NCBI GenBank assembly: GCA_037142615.1
Contig: JBAXAI010000005.1
Span: forward strand, 1-64,000
Length of the DNA stretch: 64,000 nucleotides
From: Spirochaetales bacterium
GTDB taxonomy: Bacteria > Spirochaetota > Spirochaetia > JABEVK01
Direction: 5' to 3'
This document shows, piece by piece, positions 27,370 to 37,509 of this stretch. The notes beneath the pieces were generated by a model, which was not told the origin of the DNA, searched no databases, and saw nothing but the letters and a program-made list of their open reading frames with translations. How positions within the stretch are numbered: position 1 is the first letter of the stretch; every line of letters starts with the position of its first letter. Made by a program: the position numbers and the translations under genes.

Positions 27370-29319
27370 ATGAAGATTCTCGTGACAGGAGGGGCCGGGG
27401 GTATCGGGAGCGAGCTGGTGATTGCCCTGAGCCAGCAACACGCGATCACGGCGTTGGTTCGTCCTGCCAGCAACCGCAAGGTTCTGCCCGAGTCGACTAC
27501 CTTTGCTGTCGGCGACCTCGGCGATCAGGCCTCGTTGGCAAGCGCTGTTGCGGGCATGGACGCTGTCGTTCACTCCGGGGTGACCTTCAAGACCACTGAC
27601 ATGCAGCGGATCAATGTTGAGGGAACCAAGCTGCTCGTCGAAGTTGCCAAGGAGGCTGGTTGCAAGCTCTTCGTTTACGTCAGCTCGATGGCCGTTTACT
27701 CGGCACTGCCCAACGAGACCCGCCTAACCGAAGACCTGGAATTGCCGGTCGCCAAGCACCTGGACCCGTACAGCCGCACGAAACTCCAGGGCGAAAAGAT
27801 CGTGCTGGAAGCCTGCCGCAACAGCCAGATGGCCTACGTCATCGTTCGGCCGACGATCGTCCTCGGCGACCGGGTAGCGGCCTGGTACACTGGTATTCTG
27901 GAGCTCCTGAGAGTCTTTCCCGTCCAATTCATCGCGACTCACATCGACGTGATGGATGTCGGAGAGCTCAGCAGGACCTTAGCCGTCCTGGTCGATCGAC
28001 CGGCCGCCTACAACCAGATCTACAACCTGGGGGGCTTTGACGTCCCCGCCCGGGATTACTTCGCCATGCTCGGCGAGGTAATCGGCCGAAGAACCTTTGC
28101 CCTTCCGCGCTGGCTGGCGTCGTTTGCGGCGCTTTTTGTGCCGGCCTGCTTGTGGTTCATGCAAAAGAACCTGGTGCTTGATTCGAGCAAGATTCGAAAA
28201 GCGACGGGTCTTGAGCCCCAAGTTGACCTCAGGGCCTTTCGCGAAGGCCGTTCACGCCGCGCGTTCTTTCCGACCACCGAGGCCGAGATCCTGCAGGCTT
28301 GGAGGCAGTGTTACCGCCAGTTCGTGGTCAACGGCGGGTCCTACTCGTATTTGTTGAAAAACACCCGCTCGCCCCAGCCTTCCATCAACCTCCAACGCTT
28401 CAGCCGCATCCTGGCCTTGGCCGACCGGCAAGTCACGGTAGAAGCAGGCGCGCCGATCTACCAGATTCTCGATTATCTCGACCAGCACAACCTGACCTTG
28501 GCAGCCGTCCCCGAGTTTCTTGGGGCTTCTGCGGGTGGGGCCCTGATGACTCAGGTTCATGGGAGCAGCATCAAGCACTCGGGAGTCGCGGCTTTGGCCA
28601 ACCGCATCAAGTACCTCGAAGACGGTGAGACCAAGGTCGCCGTTCGCGGAGAACCAGGTTTCTCCGAGCTGATCTACAACCGGTCGCGGCCGCTCATCTT
28701 CGTCGAGGTCACCTTTGATTGCGTCGATCAATACAAGGTGGAACGCCAGATCAGCTGGAACTCCGACGCCGATTTCGAGCAGGTGCTGGAAAGGAACTTC
28801 CGCGAAAACCTTTCGTGCACCATGGAGTGGTATCCTGACCACCACGAAGTGATGACCTGGAAGATCAATCCTGTGGAGTCGTCACGGAGAAGCACGGGCG
28901 TTCCTTTTTACCTCCATCACACTCCGTGGGTTCTCAACCGCTTTCACCCCGCCGGGCTCTTGCGTCCAGCCGTGAACAAGAGCCAAAAGGTGCTGGGCCC
29001 CTGGACGCACTTGGGGCACTTCGGACGTTTTTCGGCGGCGCTGGCAACGAATCGCAACGTCGAGTTTGCGCTTCCGATGGGTGACATGCCTTACTTCATC
29101 CGAGAAGTCAAAACCCTGGTAGCGACCGAGAAAGTTCCGTTGATTCAGCTGGGGTTCCGTTGCGGCGGCAAGGACGGCCTACCGCACAGCTTGGCTTGTG
29201 ACACCGACGTGGTGTGGGTGGAGTTGGTTCTGGGGACAAACTACTGGATGCCTCGCCTGCAGAAGGTGCTCGACAGAGTGCCGCACACCTTCCACACCGG
29301 CAAGTTCCAGTTCAGATAA
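27370..29319 (+). CDS. Fusion of extended SDR (epimerase/3-beta-HSD-like) and FAD-linked oxidase (ALO/VAO-like)
   Basis: GGAGG RBS; TGGAGGIG, YSRTK, IVRP. Second half: PTTEAEI, GGSYSY, VTVEAG, SAGGALMTQVHGS, C-terminal HTGK. Confidence 0.75.
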   Translation: MKILVTGGAGGIGSELVIALSQQHAITALVRPASNRKVLPESTTFAVGDLGDQASLASAVAGMDAVVHSGVTFKTTDMQRINVEGTKLLVEVAKEAGCKLFVYVSSMAVYSALPNETRLTEDLELPVAKHLDPYSRTKLQGEKIVLEACRNSQMAYVIVRPTIVLGDRVAAWYTGILELLRVFPVQFIATHIDVMDVGELSRTLAVLVDRPAAYNQIYNLGGFDVPARDYFAMLGEVIGRRTFALPRWLASFAALFVPACLWFMQKNLVLDSSKIRKATGLEPQVDLRAFREGRSRRAFFPTTEAEILQAWRQCYRQFVVNGGSYSYLLKNTRSPQPSINLQRFSRILALADRQVTVEAGAPIYQILDYLDQHNLTLAAVPEFLGASAGGALMTQVHGSSIKHSGVAALANRIKYLEDGETKVAVRGEPGFSELIYNRSRPLIFVEVTFDCVDQYKVERQISWNSDADFEQVLERNFRENLSCTMEWYPDHHEVMTWKINPVESSRRSTGVPFYLHHTPWVLNRFHPAGLLRPAVNKSQKVLGPWTHLGHFGRFSAALATNRNVEFALPMGDMPYFIREVKTLVATEKVPLIQLGFRCGGKDGLPHSLACDTDVVWVELVLGTNYWMPRLQKVLDRVPHTFHTGKFQFR

Positions 29320-30178
29320 ACAGGTCGTCGAGCTGGGTCAGGTACCACCGCGCCCGCTCTTGACTCAAGAGCAGGGGAAGTTTGTCGGAACTCCCGGCCG
29401 GGTCGATCGCCAGAACCTTGTTCATCATTTCGACAAAGTGCTCGCGGTTCTGGGTCGGCACATCGATTCCGGTGGCCCAAGCCAAGTAGGCGCCCGCCGA
29501 GTTGCCACCCGACTTCTGCTGCGCGCGGTCAAAGTTCAGCTGGGTCTGGCTGGGGTCGCCACCCAGCGATTCGGGGATGGAGGCGTTCACCGTGAGCAAC
29601 AGCTCGTCGAGCGTGGACTTCTGAAAGTCAGGATCGAGCTCGTAGGCGCGATGCAGCAGCGCCAGAGACTTGTTCAGGTCGGCGCCCAACTCCAGGTTCA
29701 TCGGTTGAGTCGAGAACGACGCCAACTGGGCGGCGACAAGCCAGTACATCAGGGGCACGTCTGCCTTTGTGAACCTTTCGAGCCAAGGGCCAAAGTTGGC
29801 CATTCCCGTTTCTTTCCAGGCGCCAAGGAAGCCGGGATACCGGAGGTCGATGGCCTTGAGCTCGTAGGTTTTTCCTCGCAAGTACAGCGACAGGGCGTGC
29901 AGCTTCGCGGCCTTCTTGTCTTCAAACCGCTCTACAGGAAGGTAGTCGGCTCGACCAGCGACAAACGCGTTGGCGTACATGATGTTGTACATGCCGGCAT
30001 CGCGGGCTTTGTCGACACTGCCCGGGTCACCGGAAGATGCAGACTCGTTCATCGAAATCAGCAGGGGCAAACCGGCACCAGCCGCGCCCAGCGTAAGGCC
30101 ATCGAACGTGGCGCACGAGGTGAGCGAGGCCAGAAGCGCGACCGCCAGATACCCAAGTTTGTTCGTGTTGCGGAGCAT
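29312..30178 (-). CDS. tatT: TRAP-associated TatT (TPAT T-component) lipoprotein
   Basis: GGAGGA RBS; lipobox LTSC; Y.MYANAFV, LYLRGK.Y, DVPLMYW, RAYELDPDF, P.SLGGD; in the operon with dctP/dctQM. Confidence 0.8.
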   Translation of the reverse strand: MLRNTNKLGYLAVALLASLTSCATFDGLTLGAAGAGLPLLISMNESASSGDPGSVDKARDAGMYNIMYANAFVAGRADYLPVERFEDKKAAKLHALSLYLRGKTYELKAIDLRYPGFLGAWKETGMANFGPWLERFTKADVPLMYWLVAAQLASFSTQPMNLELGADLNKSLALLHRAYELDPDFQKSTLDELLLTVNASIPESLGGDPSQTQLNFDRAQQKSGGNSAGAYLAWATGIDVPTQNREHFVEMMNKVLAIDPAGSSDKLPLLLSQERARWYLTQLDDLFI

Positions 30179-30186
30179 ACTTCCTC

Positions 30187-31365
30187 CTACGACTCGAGCG
30201 CCATGCGCCCGGGATAGGCTGCAATGACCTTGGCATACATCTTTTCCATCGAGGCGACATGGCCGTCGGCCGTAAAGCGCCTTGAAAGTTCCTTGCTGCG
30301 GGCCGAGAAGGCGCGGAGCTTGGCGTCGTCGGCGAGCAGGCCGCCGAGAACGGCCGTCATTTCTTCCTCGGTGTCGACGAGGTAGCCGTTTTCCCCGGGG
30401 AGCACCTGGTCGACGTAGCTGTCGTCGCGTCGGGAAACCACTGGCAGGGCACAGACCAGAGCCTCGATGACCGTCATCGGATGAACCTCGGAAAGGCTGC
30501 AGGTAGCGTAAACCGAAGCAATGCTGAAGACTCCGAAGATATCCTTCCACTCGATGAAACCAGGGAACACGAACTGCGCCGACAAGCCCTCGGCCTGGGC
30601 GATTTGTTTCAACGCTTCCAAGTCGCCACCATTGCCGACAAACGCCATCTTGCAGTGAGGGTTTGCCCTGAGTACCGGCAGAACGGCTTGCTGGAGTTCC
30701 TTTACACGTTTTTCGGGGGTGATGCGGCCGACGAAAAGCACGAGTTTGTCGTCGCTGGCGATACCGTAGCGTTTGCGATAGTCGGCCTTGAGGGCCTCGG
30801 TGACTTCTACGTTCTTGAACTTGTCGACGTTGATGCCGTTGGGGATGATCGAGATCGGAAGGTCGGAAAGAAGAGCGCGGACGTAGTCGTGGGCTTTCAC
30901 CGACGGTGCCACAACGGCCGACGCGAGCGAGAGTCGCTTGCGGTAGAGCTTCTTGACCAGTTCGGGTGTAATGAAGCCCCCAGGAATGTAGTGCACGTAG
31001 TCGCCCCACATCGTGTGAAAAGTGTGAACGTAGGGGACCTTCAGCTTTTTGACGGCCTTCAGGGCGGCGAGGTCGAGGGAAAACTCGCTGTGGGCGTGAA
31101 TGAGGTCCACCCCGTGTTCCTCGAGCACCTTGATCACGTGGCGCGCGCTGACGATGCCGAAGCCGAACTTCTGCTTGCCAAACGAGATCGGAATATTAGG
31201 ATAACGGAAGACCCCCGGCTCATTTTTGCGGAAACCCTTGTAGCGTACGGTAAAGATGAGGACCTCGTGACCCAAGGCGATCAGGCCCTCGCGGAGTTGC
31301 ATGACCGAGGTGACAACGCCCGTCATGAGCGGGTGGTAAACATCGGTGAAGAGGGCAATGCGCAA
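30187..31365 (-). CDS. GT4 glycosyltransferase (diacylglycerol glycosyltransferase-like)
   Basis: AGGAGG + TTG; RIALFTDVYHP..TGVVTS, HTFHT, IPNGI, VGRITPEK, SEVHPMTVIEA. Confidence 0.88.
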   Translation of the reverse strand: MRIALFTDVYHPLMTGVVTSVMQLREGLIALGHEVLIFTVRYKGFRKNEPGVFRYPNIPISFGKQKFGFGIVSARHVIKVLEEHGVDLIHAHSEFSLDLAALKAVKKLKVPYVHTFHTMWGDYVHYIPGGFITPELVKKLYRKRLSLASAVVAPSVKAHDYVRALLSDLPISIIPNGINVDKFKNVEVTEALKADYRKRYGIASDDKLVLFVGRITPEKRVKELQQAVLPVLRANPHCKMAFVGNGGDLEALKQIAQAEGLSAQFVFPGFIEWKDIFGVFSIASVYATCSLSEVHPMTVIEALVCALPVVSRRDDSYVDQVLPGENGYLVDTEEEMTAVLGGLLADDAKLRAFSARSKELSRRFTADGHVASMEKMYAKVIAAYPGRMALES

Positions 31366-31414
31366 CGTAACCTCCTGATAGCGCCGAAAGAATACCACAG
31401 TCAAAGCCGAATTG

Positions 31415-32173
31415 TTAAGGTGAGGGGGCCCAACCAAGGAACCGGCGGACAATCCGGTAGACCTGCGAAGCGCCGGTCATGGGGAGCGAGTGCCCGCCAC
31501 TGAGAATGACATCGGCGTCTCCAGACCAGAAAGGTGCGACGCCGATGGTGTCGATACGGCCCCAGATGAACAGGGTCGGGAGCGGAGGAAGCCGGAGGCG
31601 GGTCAGTCCCTGACGCGGAAGGTCGTGGAGCGATTGCTTGATGACCGGCACGGACTGGGTTCGAATCTCGCGGGTCCAAACGGCGGCCAGCGGATGGGGC
31701 TGCCCGTTGAAGCCAAGGGCCTGGACCAGGAGTGGCAAACGCCAGCGGGTGGCGGCCCAGTTGCCAAAGGCAGGGAAGCGCTTGTCGAGGGCAAGCAGCA
31801 ACGTGAGTGTCAGGGCGGCCGGCGGGAACGGCCGGGCGATGCAAAGCAGCACAAGCCGGTTGACGCGGCTCGGCCAGCTGCGGGCGAAGGTCCGCGCCAC
31901 CCAACCACCGAGGGAGTAGCCGAGGATGTGCCACCGCTCAAGCCCGAGGTGGACCCGCAGGACTTCCAGCGACTGCGCACAGGCTTCGTAGTAGTTGCCT
32001 TCCGCGGGTGGGGACAGTCCGATGCCGGGCATTTCGGGAATAATGAGCTGATATTGCTGAGCCAGCAGCGGCTCCAAATCACGCCAGATGGTGAATGAGA
32101 CTCCCCAACCGTGGATGAGCAGCAGGGGTTCCCCCTTACCCACCAGCCGGTAGTTCAGCAAGCCTTCAACCAC
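31415..32173 (-). CDS. Alpha/beta hydrolase
   Basis: HGWG oxyanion loop, GYSLG nucleophile elbow, WGRID acid, GGH histidine. Confidence 0.85.
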   Translation of the reverse strand: MVEGLLNYRLVGKGEPLLLIHGWGVSFTIWRDLEPLLAQQYQLIIPEMPGIGLSPPAEGNYYEACAQSLEVLRVHLGLERWHILGYSLGGWVARTFARSWPSRVNRLVLLCIARPFPPAALTLTLLLALDKRFPAFGNWAATRWRLPLLVQALGFNGQPHPLAAVWTREIRTQSVPVIKQSLHDLPRQGLTRLRLPPLPTLFIWGRIDTIGVAPFWSGDADVILSGGHSLPMTGASQVYRIVRRFLGWAPSP

Positions 32174-32810
32174 CGCGTGGCTCCCTGGCCCACGGTGCCA
32201 CGTGCTTCTCGAAAAAAGCGTAGACCGCGTAGGCGATGAAAACGGCCCCCAGAACGTCGATGGTGTAGTGAACGTGCATCAGCACCACGGCCAAACCCAT
32301 CACAGTGGCCAAGACGAAGACGAGCCCCCGCACCCATAGGTTCTTTTTGATCAGGAACGCGAGGATGAACAAGGAACCCGTGTGACCCGAAGGGAACAGG
32401 TCGCGAGTGCCGTAGAAGACGAGGCTGACGTTGAGCGTTGCCGAATCGTCGATTCGAGGAAAAGGGGTCGGCAAAACGGTGCAGAAGAGGAACCCGGCCC
32501 GAATGAGGAAGAATACGCCGAGCAGAATGAGCGCCAAAGGGAAGTTCTCGGTATCCCAGAAGAGGAGGTAGGCGATGATAAGCACGAGGGCCAACTGGTC
32601 GCCCGCCGAGACCAGTAAGTTGAGGTTGACCGGAGGTATCAGTTGATGGACAAGGTCGGGCAAGGTCTCGGTCGATGCAGGAAAGCTGTTGACAAAGTCA
32701 TTGGCAAGCCGGCTCGCCAAGGTTGCCAACACCAGCAGGACAACACCAAGCGCTCCCGGGGCTGGCCGTGCAGCGAGGCCCCGGAGAGCGTTATTTAACA
32801 GCGTGGACAA
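32166..32810 (-). CDS. PAP2-superfamily membrane phosphotransferase, sphingomyelin/IPC-synthase-like
   Basis: LPDL, R......T.LP.P, DLFPSGHT and HYTIDV correspond to SMS-family D1-D4 motifs; about 6 TM helices; start codon uncertain. Confidence 0.75.
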   Translation of the reverse strand: MSTLLNNALRGLAARPAPGALGVVLLVLATLASRLANDFVNSFPASTETLPDLVHQLIPPVNLNLLVSAGDQLALVLIIAYLLFWDTENFPLALILLGVFFLIRAGFLFCTVLPTPFPRIDDSATLNVSLVFYGTRDLFPSGHTGSLFILAFLIKKNLWVRGLVFVLATVMGLAVVLMHVHYTIDVLGAVFIAYAVYAFFEKHVAPWAREPRGG

Positions 32811-34692
32811 GTTGCACCAACGCCGTACTGAACCACGGCACATAGGTCACGAGCATAAGGATAGCGAGCTGAATCGCCAAAAACGGGAGCACCGAAACCG
32901 TGATTTTTCCGAGTGGCTGCTTGAAGCAGTACGAAGCCAGGTACAGGTTGAGCCCCACTGGTGGCGTCAGGAAGCCGATTTCCATGTTCACGAGAAAAAT
33001 GATGCCGAGGTGGATGGGGTCGATCCCAAAGACGGCACCCATGGGAATGATCAGCGGCGCAACCACCACGATGGCTGAATAAATATCCATGAACATACCG
33101 ACGACGAGCAAGGTCAAGTTCAAGAACGCCAAGAACACCCATGGTTCTGTGATGCTTGTCTTGACCCAAGCCGCCAACTGCGTGGGAAGCTGGGTATCGA
33201 CGATGTAGTACGAAAGCCCGCGCGCAAAGGCCAAAATGACCAGGATGCCCCCCATGATCACCATGGCCTTGGTCATCGCTCGGAACAGATCACGCCACTT
33301 GAGGTCCCGGAGCACGACGACCTGAATGAAGACCGCGTAGGCCGCAGCGGTGGCGGCCGTTTCCGTCAGGTCCATGGCCCCCGAAAAGTAGACGGCGACA
33401 ATCAGGACAGGCAATAGGATATCGAGCAGGCCGTCGCGAAAGGCCTTGAGCGCCTCTTTGAGATGAAAAGGAGTCCGCTCCACCTTGTTCTTGAGGGAGG
33501 TAAAGACCCCAAACAGCGTCATCGCCACAATCATCATGGCACCCGGGATCAGACCGCCGAGAAACATGTCGAGCACCGACACCCGCGACGAACTGCCGTA
33601 CAGGATCATGGGAAGGCTGGGGGGCAAGAGGATGCCAATCGAGCCGCTGGCCGTGAGCAAGCCGATGGCGAACAGCGGACTGTAACCGCTTTTGGTCAGA
33701 ATGAGATAGAGGATCATCCCAAGGGCCAGGATTGTGACGCCCGAAGCCCCGGTAAAGGTCGTGAAGAAGGCAGAAACGGCCACGGTGACAAAAATCAGTC
33801 CCCCGGGCATCCACCCAAACCACGCCCGGAACAGCCGGATGAGCCGCTCGGCCGACTTGCCTTCGGCCAGAATAAAACCCACGAGTGTGAACAGAGGAAT
33901 AGCAGGCATGGAGCCGTCGGTCAGCAGCGTAAACCCTTCACTGGGAATGGTTTCGAGCGCGCCTCCGGTTGGTAGGAACAGAAACCAGGCGATTCCTCCC
34001 AGCACGACAAACAACGGCAGGCCGGCGAAGGCGAGGAGGATGAGCAGGAGGATCCCGGGGATCACCAGCGGCGTCAGACTCGCCGCCCAGAAAGCGACGG
34101 CGTTGTCGTACCAGTCCGGCTGGCCGAAAAGGGCGGTCAGGACGTTGGCGAACGGCTGAAGCGCGAGGTAGGTGCCAAGCAGCACCCCGAAGATGGCGAT
34201 CAGCTTTCCGGTAAGCGACGTCTCGGCCTTGGTGATGAAGCGCACCGTGATGAAGGTCATCCCGATCGGCAGGACAACCGTAAACACCTGGAGCGGCAGA
34301 AATCCAACCAGCGCGCCGGGGGTGAACCCCGTAAGGAACAGAGACAGGGAGCCCCAAACGAACGCTGTGGAAATGGTAACCGCCGCGAAGGAGGTGACCG
34401 CGTGGAGGAGTTTCTTGAGGCGTTCGTTGGCAAAGCTGATGAAAGTGCCAATCGCGAGGTGCTGGCCTTCGCGGGCCGCCAGCATGCCACCGATGAAGGT
34501 GATGTAGAGCATCAGGTGGCGGGTCGTGATCAGGGAACCAGGGATGGGTTCGTTTAAGAACTTGCGTGAAAGGAAGTCAGCGAGCGGCAACAGGAGCAGC
34601 AGGAACAGACTCCCGATGCCAACCCATTCCTCGGCGCGGTGAAAGAATCGGAAGAACTTGCTCTTTGCGGGGGCGCGGAGGATATCACTCAT
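32791..34692 (-). CDS. TRAP transporter fused small/large permease (DctQ-DctM)
   Basis: AIPLF, FTGASG, SGSIGILLPPS, GFLTPPVGLNL; N-terminal DctQ-like region (GGMLAAREGQHL). Confidence 0.9.
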   Translation of the reverse strand: MSDILRAPAKSKFFRFFHRAEEWVGIGSLFLLLLLPLADFLSRKFLNEPIPGSLITTRHLMLYITFIGGMLAAREGQHLAIGTFISFANERLKKLLHAVTSFAAVTISTAFVWGSLSLFLTGFTPGALVGFLPLQVFTVVLPIGMTFITVRFITKAETSLTGKLIAIFGVLLGTYLALQPFANVLTALFGQPDWYDNAVAFWAASLTPLVIPGILLLILLAFAGLPLFVVLGGIAWFLFLPTGGALETIPSEGFTLLTDGSMPAIPLFTLVGFILAEGKSAERLIRLFRAWFGWMPGGLIFVTVAVSAFFTTFTGASGVTILALGMILYLILTKSGYSPLFAIGLLTASGSIGILLPPSLPMILYGSSSRVSVLDMFLGGLIPGAMMIVAMTLFGVFTSLKNKVERTPFHLKEALKAFRDGLLDILLPVLIVAVYFSGAMDLTETAATAAAYAVFIQVVVLRDLKWRDLFRAMTKAMVIMGGILVILAFARGLSYYIVDTQLPTQLAAWVKTSITEPWVFLAFLNLTLLVVGMFMDIYSAIVVVAPLIIPMGAVFGIDPIHLGIIFLVNMEIGFLTPPVGLNLYLASYCFKQPLGKITVSVLPFLAIQLAILMLVTYVPWFSTALVQLVHAVK

Positions 34693-35693
34693 TTCTTGCG
34701 AAACTCTGCGAGCGAGGCGACCATGACTTCGTAGACTTCTTTGTTGAAGCTCTTGCCGAGCAAGCCCGAGATTCCGGCGTCCACTTCTGCCTTCCAAACG
34801 AGTTCTTCCGCAGGGGTGACCGTCGTCTCGATCAGCCCGTAGGTTTTCATGGTCTTGATCGCGTCGGTTTCCATCTGCTGGATGTCACCGTCGAGCTTCT
34901 GCATGATCGGCGCGGCGGCGGCTTCCAGGGCAGGCTTGAGGTTCGCAGGAATCTTGTCCCACGTCGCCTGGGTAAAAAGGATTCCCCCGAGGAAGGGGGC
35001 AATCCGGATCGAGGCCATGTACTTGGCGATGCCGAACCACTGGAAACCGCCAGTAGCGATGGGGCTGGCGTACAGAGCGTCGATGCGGCCGGAATTGAGC
35101 GCGGTGAGCGTATTGGGCAACTCGACCGGTACTTGGTTGTAGCCCATGGACTGCCAGGCCTCGAACATCTGCTGATCGACAGGGTTGGAAGCGAGCTTGA
35201 GAGGCTTGAGGTCGGCCGGAACCTTGAGCGGCGTCTTGCTGAAGAAGCGTACCCAACCGGCCTTGGACCAGGCAAAGACGTGGAACTTCTGCGCCGCCAC
35301 TTCGGCTTTGAAACGGTCTGAGAGTTTCGAAAGAACGTAGTCGAGCTCGGCGTCGGTGCGGATCATGAAGGGGATGCTGAGGGTCAGGAAGTCCTTGGTG
35401 AGCTCATTGACGCCGAACGACGTCACAACCGCCCCTTGGAGTTGGTTCAAGCGCATCTTGCGGATCGAGTCGGACTCTCCGCCAGCGATGCCGCCATGGT
35501 AGATCTTGAGTTCCACCTGGCCGTTGGAAACGCGTTTCCATTCGGCCGCCAACTTGTTGAGCGATTCACCCCAAGGCGTGGCCTCCGGGGCGACAGAACC
35601 GACCTTGATGACCAAGGGGGCGGCGGAGGCAACAGGAATCGAAAGAGCCGCCACAAGGAGGCCGCACAGCAAGCTTTTGATCGTTCTCGACAC
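34689..35693 (-). CDS. dctP: TRAP substrate-binding protein DctP (TPAT P-component)
   Basis: Signal peptide; KVGSVAPEATPW, GGIAGGE...RKMR, ALNSGRIDA; AGGAG RBS + GTG. Confidence 0.88.
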   Translation of the reverse strand: MSRTIKSLLCGLLVAALSIPVASAAPLVIKVGSVAPEATPWGESLNKLAAEWKRVSNGQVELKIYHGGIAGGESDSIRKMRLNQLQGAVVTSFGVNELTKDFLTLSIPFMIRTDAELDYVLSKLSDRFKAEVAAQKFHVFAWSKAGWVRFFSKTPLKVPADLKPLKLASNPVDQQMFEAWQSMGYNQVPVELPNTLTALNSGRIDALYASPIATGGFQWFGIAKYMASIRIAPFLGGILFTQATWDKIPANLKPALEAAAAPIMQKLDGDIQQMETDAIKTMKTYGLIETTVTPAEELVWKAEVDAGISGLLGKSFNKEVYEVMVASLAEFRKK

Positions 35694-35752
35694 GGAGAAT
35701 CTCCTTCGGAGGGTTAGAGTGAAAAGATTATATCGCAGAGACTTGCGACAGT

Positions 35753-36784
35753 TCAACTCCGCAACTGCCCCGCTGCGAGTCGCCCGGAGCGCCAAGCCCC
35801 TTCCAGCCCCGCCTCGGGACCGAACAATTCGCCAATCAGCGTGAGGGTACCACCGCCCAGGGGCTGAACCAATGGCCGCTGCGCTGTTCCGCTTCCGTCG
35901 AGGCGCGAGTACTGCCAGCGGTGCGAACGGGCGGCAATAGGTGACAACACCCAGTCACCCCACAGGCGGGCGGCGTCGGCCAAGAGCTCGCGGGTCCAGG
36001 TGGCCTTTTCGTCGCCCAGATGTTGTTGCGACCAAGCCGACCGAGCCTGGAACACCAGCGTGGTCGGTCCCGCTTGTGTTGGTCCGGAGGCGTGCTTGGC
36101 TCCTTCGTTGCTGGCCAGCTGCAAAATCCGGCTGTCGGAGGGGTAGGCGACGTCCCAGGTTGGCACCGGCACCCCCTCGGGATAGACGGCCGCGACGGTA
36201 AGGCACGGCAAGGAGGGGTACAAGTCGAGGACGGCGATGAGCGCCAGGGCGACGGGGTTGGCTCCAGCAGTGGCAAGCAGTTGGCGGGTTTGGCCGGGAG
36301 CCAAGGCCAAGATCACGTGGCGAGCCACCAGGGTCTCACCGCCCAAGCGCAGCTCGATGCCCTCGGCATGCGGGGCCAGCGCTGTCACCTCGGCGTTGCA
36401 GCGCAGAACGGCCCCGGCGGCCACCGCGCGCCCGGCCTCGGCCTGAGCCAACCGGTTAAGGCCTCCGCGCAGCGCAAAACGGGTCGTGTTGGCGTGAAAC
36501 GAGCTGGGCTGGCAGGGAGTGCCCTCGCCCTCGACAAGTTGGGGCCACGACCTCCAGGCGTCGCCGCCCGCGTCACGAGCCCACGCCAAAAAGTCAGCTT
36601 TGGAACTCGCCCCGAACACCACGCCGAAGTCGAAACTTTGGCCGTGCAGCTCGCGGGTGGCGAGCCTTCCCCCGGGCTGATACGAGCGCTCCAGGATCAG
36701 CGGCACCTGGCCGGCCTCGGCTAGCGTGCGTGCACACGAAAGCCCTGCGATACCGGCCCCGACAATGACAATCTCGTGCTTCAC
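35753..36784 (-). CDS. Renalase-like FAD-dependent oxidoreductase
   Basis: GAGIAGL, GGRLATR, FDFG, HRWQYS, LEGAWRSG. Confidence 0.85.
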   Translation of the reverse strand: MKHEIVIVGAGIAGLSCARTLAEAGQVPLILERSYQPGGRLATRELHGQSFDFGVVFGASSKADFLAWARDAGGDAWRSWPQLVEGEGTPCQPSSFHANTTRFALRGGLNRLAQAEAGRAVAAGAVLRCNAEVTALAPHAEGIELRLGGETLVARHVILALAPGQTRQLLATAGANPVALALIAVLDLYPSLPCLTVAAVYPEGVPVPTWDVAYPSDSRILQLASNEGAKHASGPTQAGPTTLVFQARSAWSQQHLGDEKATWTRELLADAARLWGDWVLSPIAARSHRWQYSRLDGSGTAQRPLVQPLGGGTLTLIGELFGPEAGLEGAWRSGRLAAGQLRS

Positions 36785-36834
36785 AAATTTGCCCTCCCGA
36801 CCGTCGGGAAGTATACTCCGACCGGAGGCCCGCC

Positions 36835-37509
36835 GTGAACACCCTCGAAATCCAAACGCTCGCCGAACTGGTCGAGAGCGACAAATCCCACGAGTGCGCC
36901 GGGGTCGGAAAAGACCACGTTTGCATCAAGGTCGTCGCGGCCGCCAAGCTTCCCTCGCGTTTTGGCGACTTCACCGTGGTCGCCTTCTGGAACAACCGCG
37001 ACAACAAGGAACACGCCGCGTTTGTGCATGGCGACGTGCTGAATCAAGACGACGTGCCCATCCGTATGCATTCCGAGTGCCTTACCGGCGATGCCATAGG
37101 CAGCCTGCGTTGCGACTGCCGCGACCAGCTCGAGGCCTCGCTGATCGCGCTGGGCAAAATGGAGCGCGGCGTGCTGTTTTACCTGCGCCAAGAAGGCCGG
37201 GGCATAGGCCTGCTCAACAAGATCCGCGCCTACACTTTGCAGGACCAGGGCATGGACACCGTCGAGGCCAACCTGGCCCTGGGCTTTCGCGACGACGAGC
37301 GCGACTACAGCATTGCGGCGCACATGATCGGCTCGCTGCGCATCAACAGCGTCCAATTGATGACAAACAACCCCAAAAAGATCGACGGCCTCAAGTCCCT
37401 CGGGGTGAACGTCACCGGCCGCATTCCCTTGATCATTCCGCCCAACCCGCACAACGACTTCTACCTCAAGACCAAGGCAGACAAGTCGGGCCACATGATG
37501 AACGGCTAG
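36835..37509 (+). CDS. ribA: GTP cyclohydrolase II
   Basis: RMHSECLTGD..GSLRCDC, QEGRGIGL, TNNPKK, YLKTK..KSGH. Confidence 0.95.
   Translation: MNTLEIQTLAELVESDKSHECAGVGKDHVCIKVVAAAKLPSRFGDFTVVAFWNNRDNKEHAAFVHGDVLNQDDVPIRMHSECLTGDAIGSLRCDCRDQLEASLIALGKMERGVLFYLRQEGRGIGLLNKIRAYTLQDQGMDTVEANLALGFRDDERDYSIAAHMIGSLRINSVQLMTNNPKKIDGLKSLGVNVTGRIPLIIPPNPHNDFYLKTKADKSGHMMNG

Noticed and set aside
30179-31009. Long N-terminal extension of the TatT ORF
   Set aside because: Alternate frame inside the GT4 gene; the RBS and lipoprotein signal place the start at 30178.
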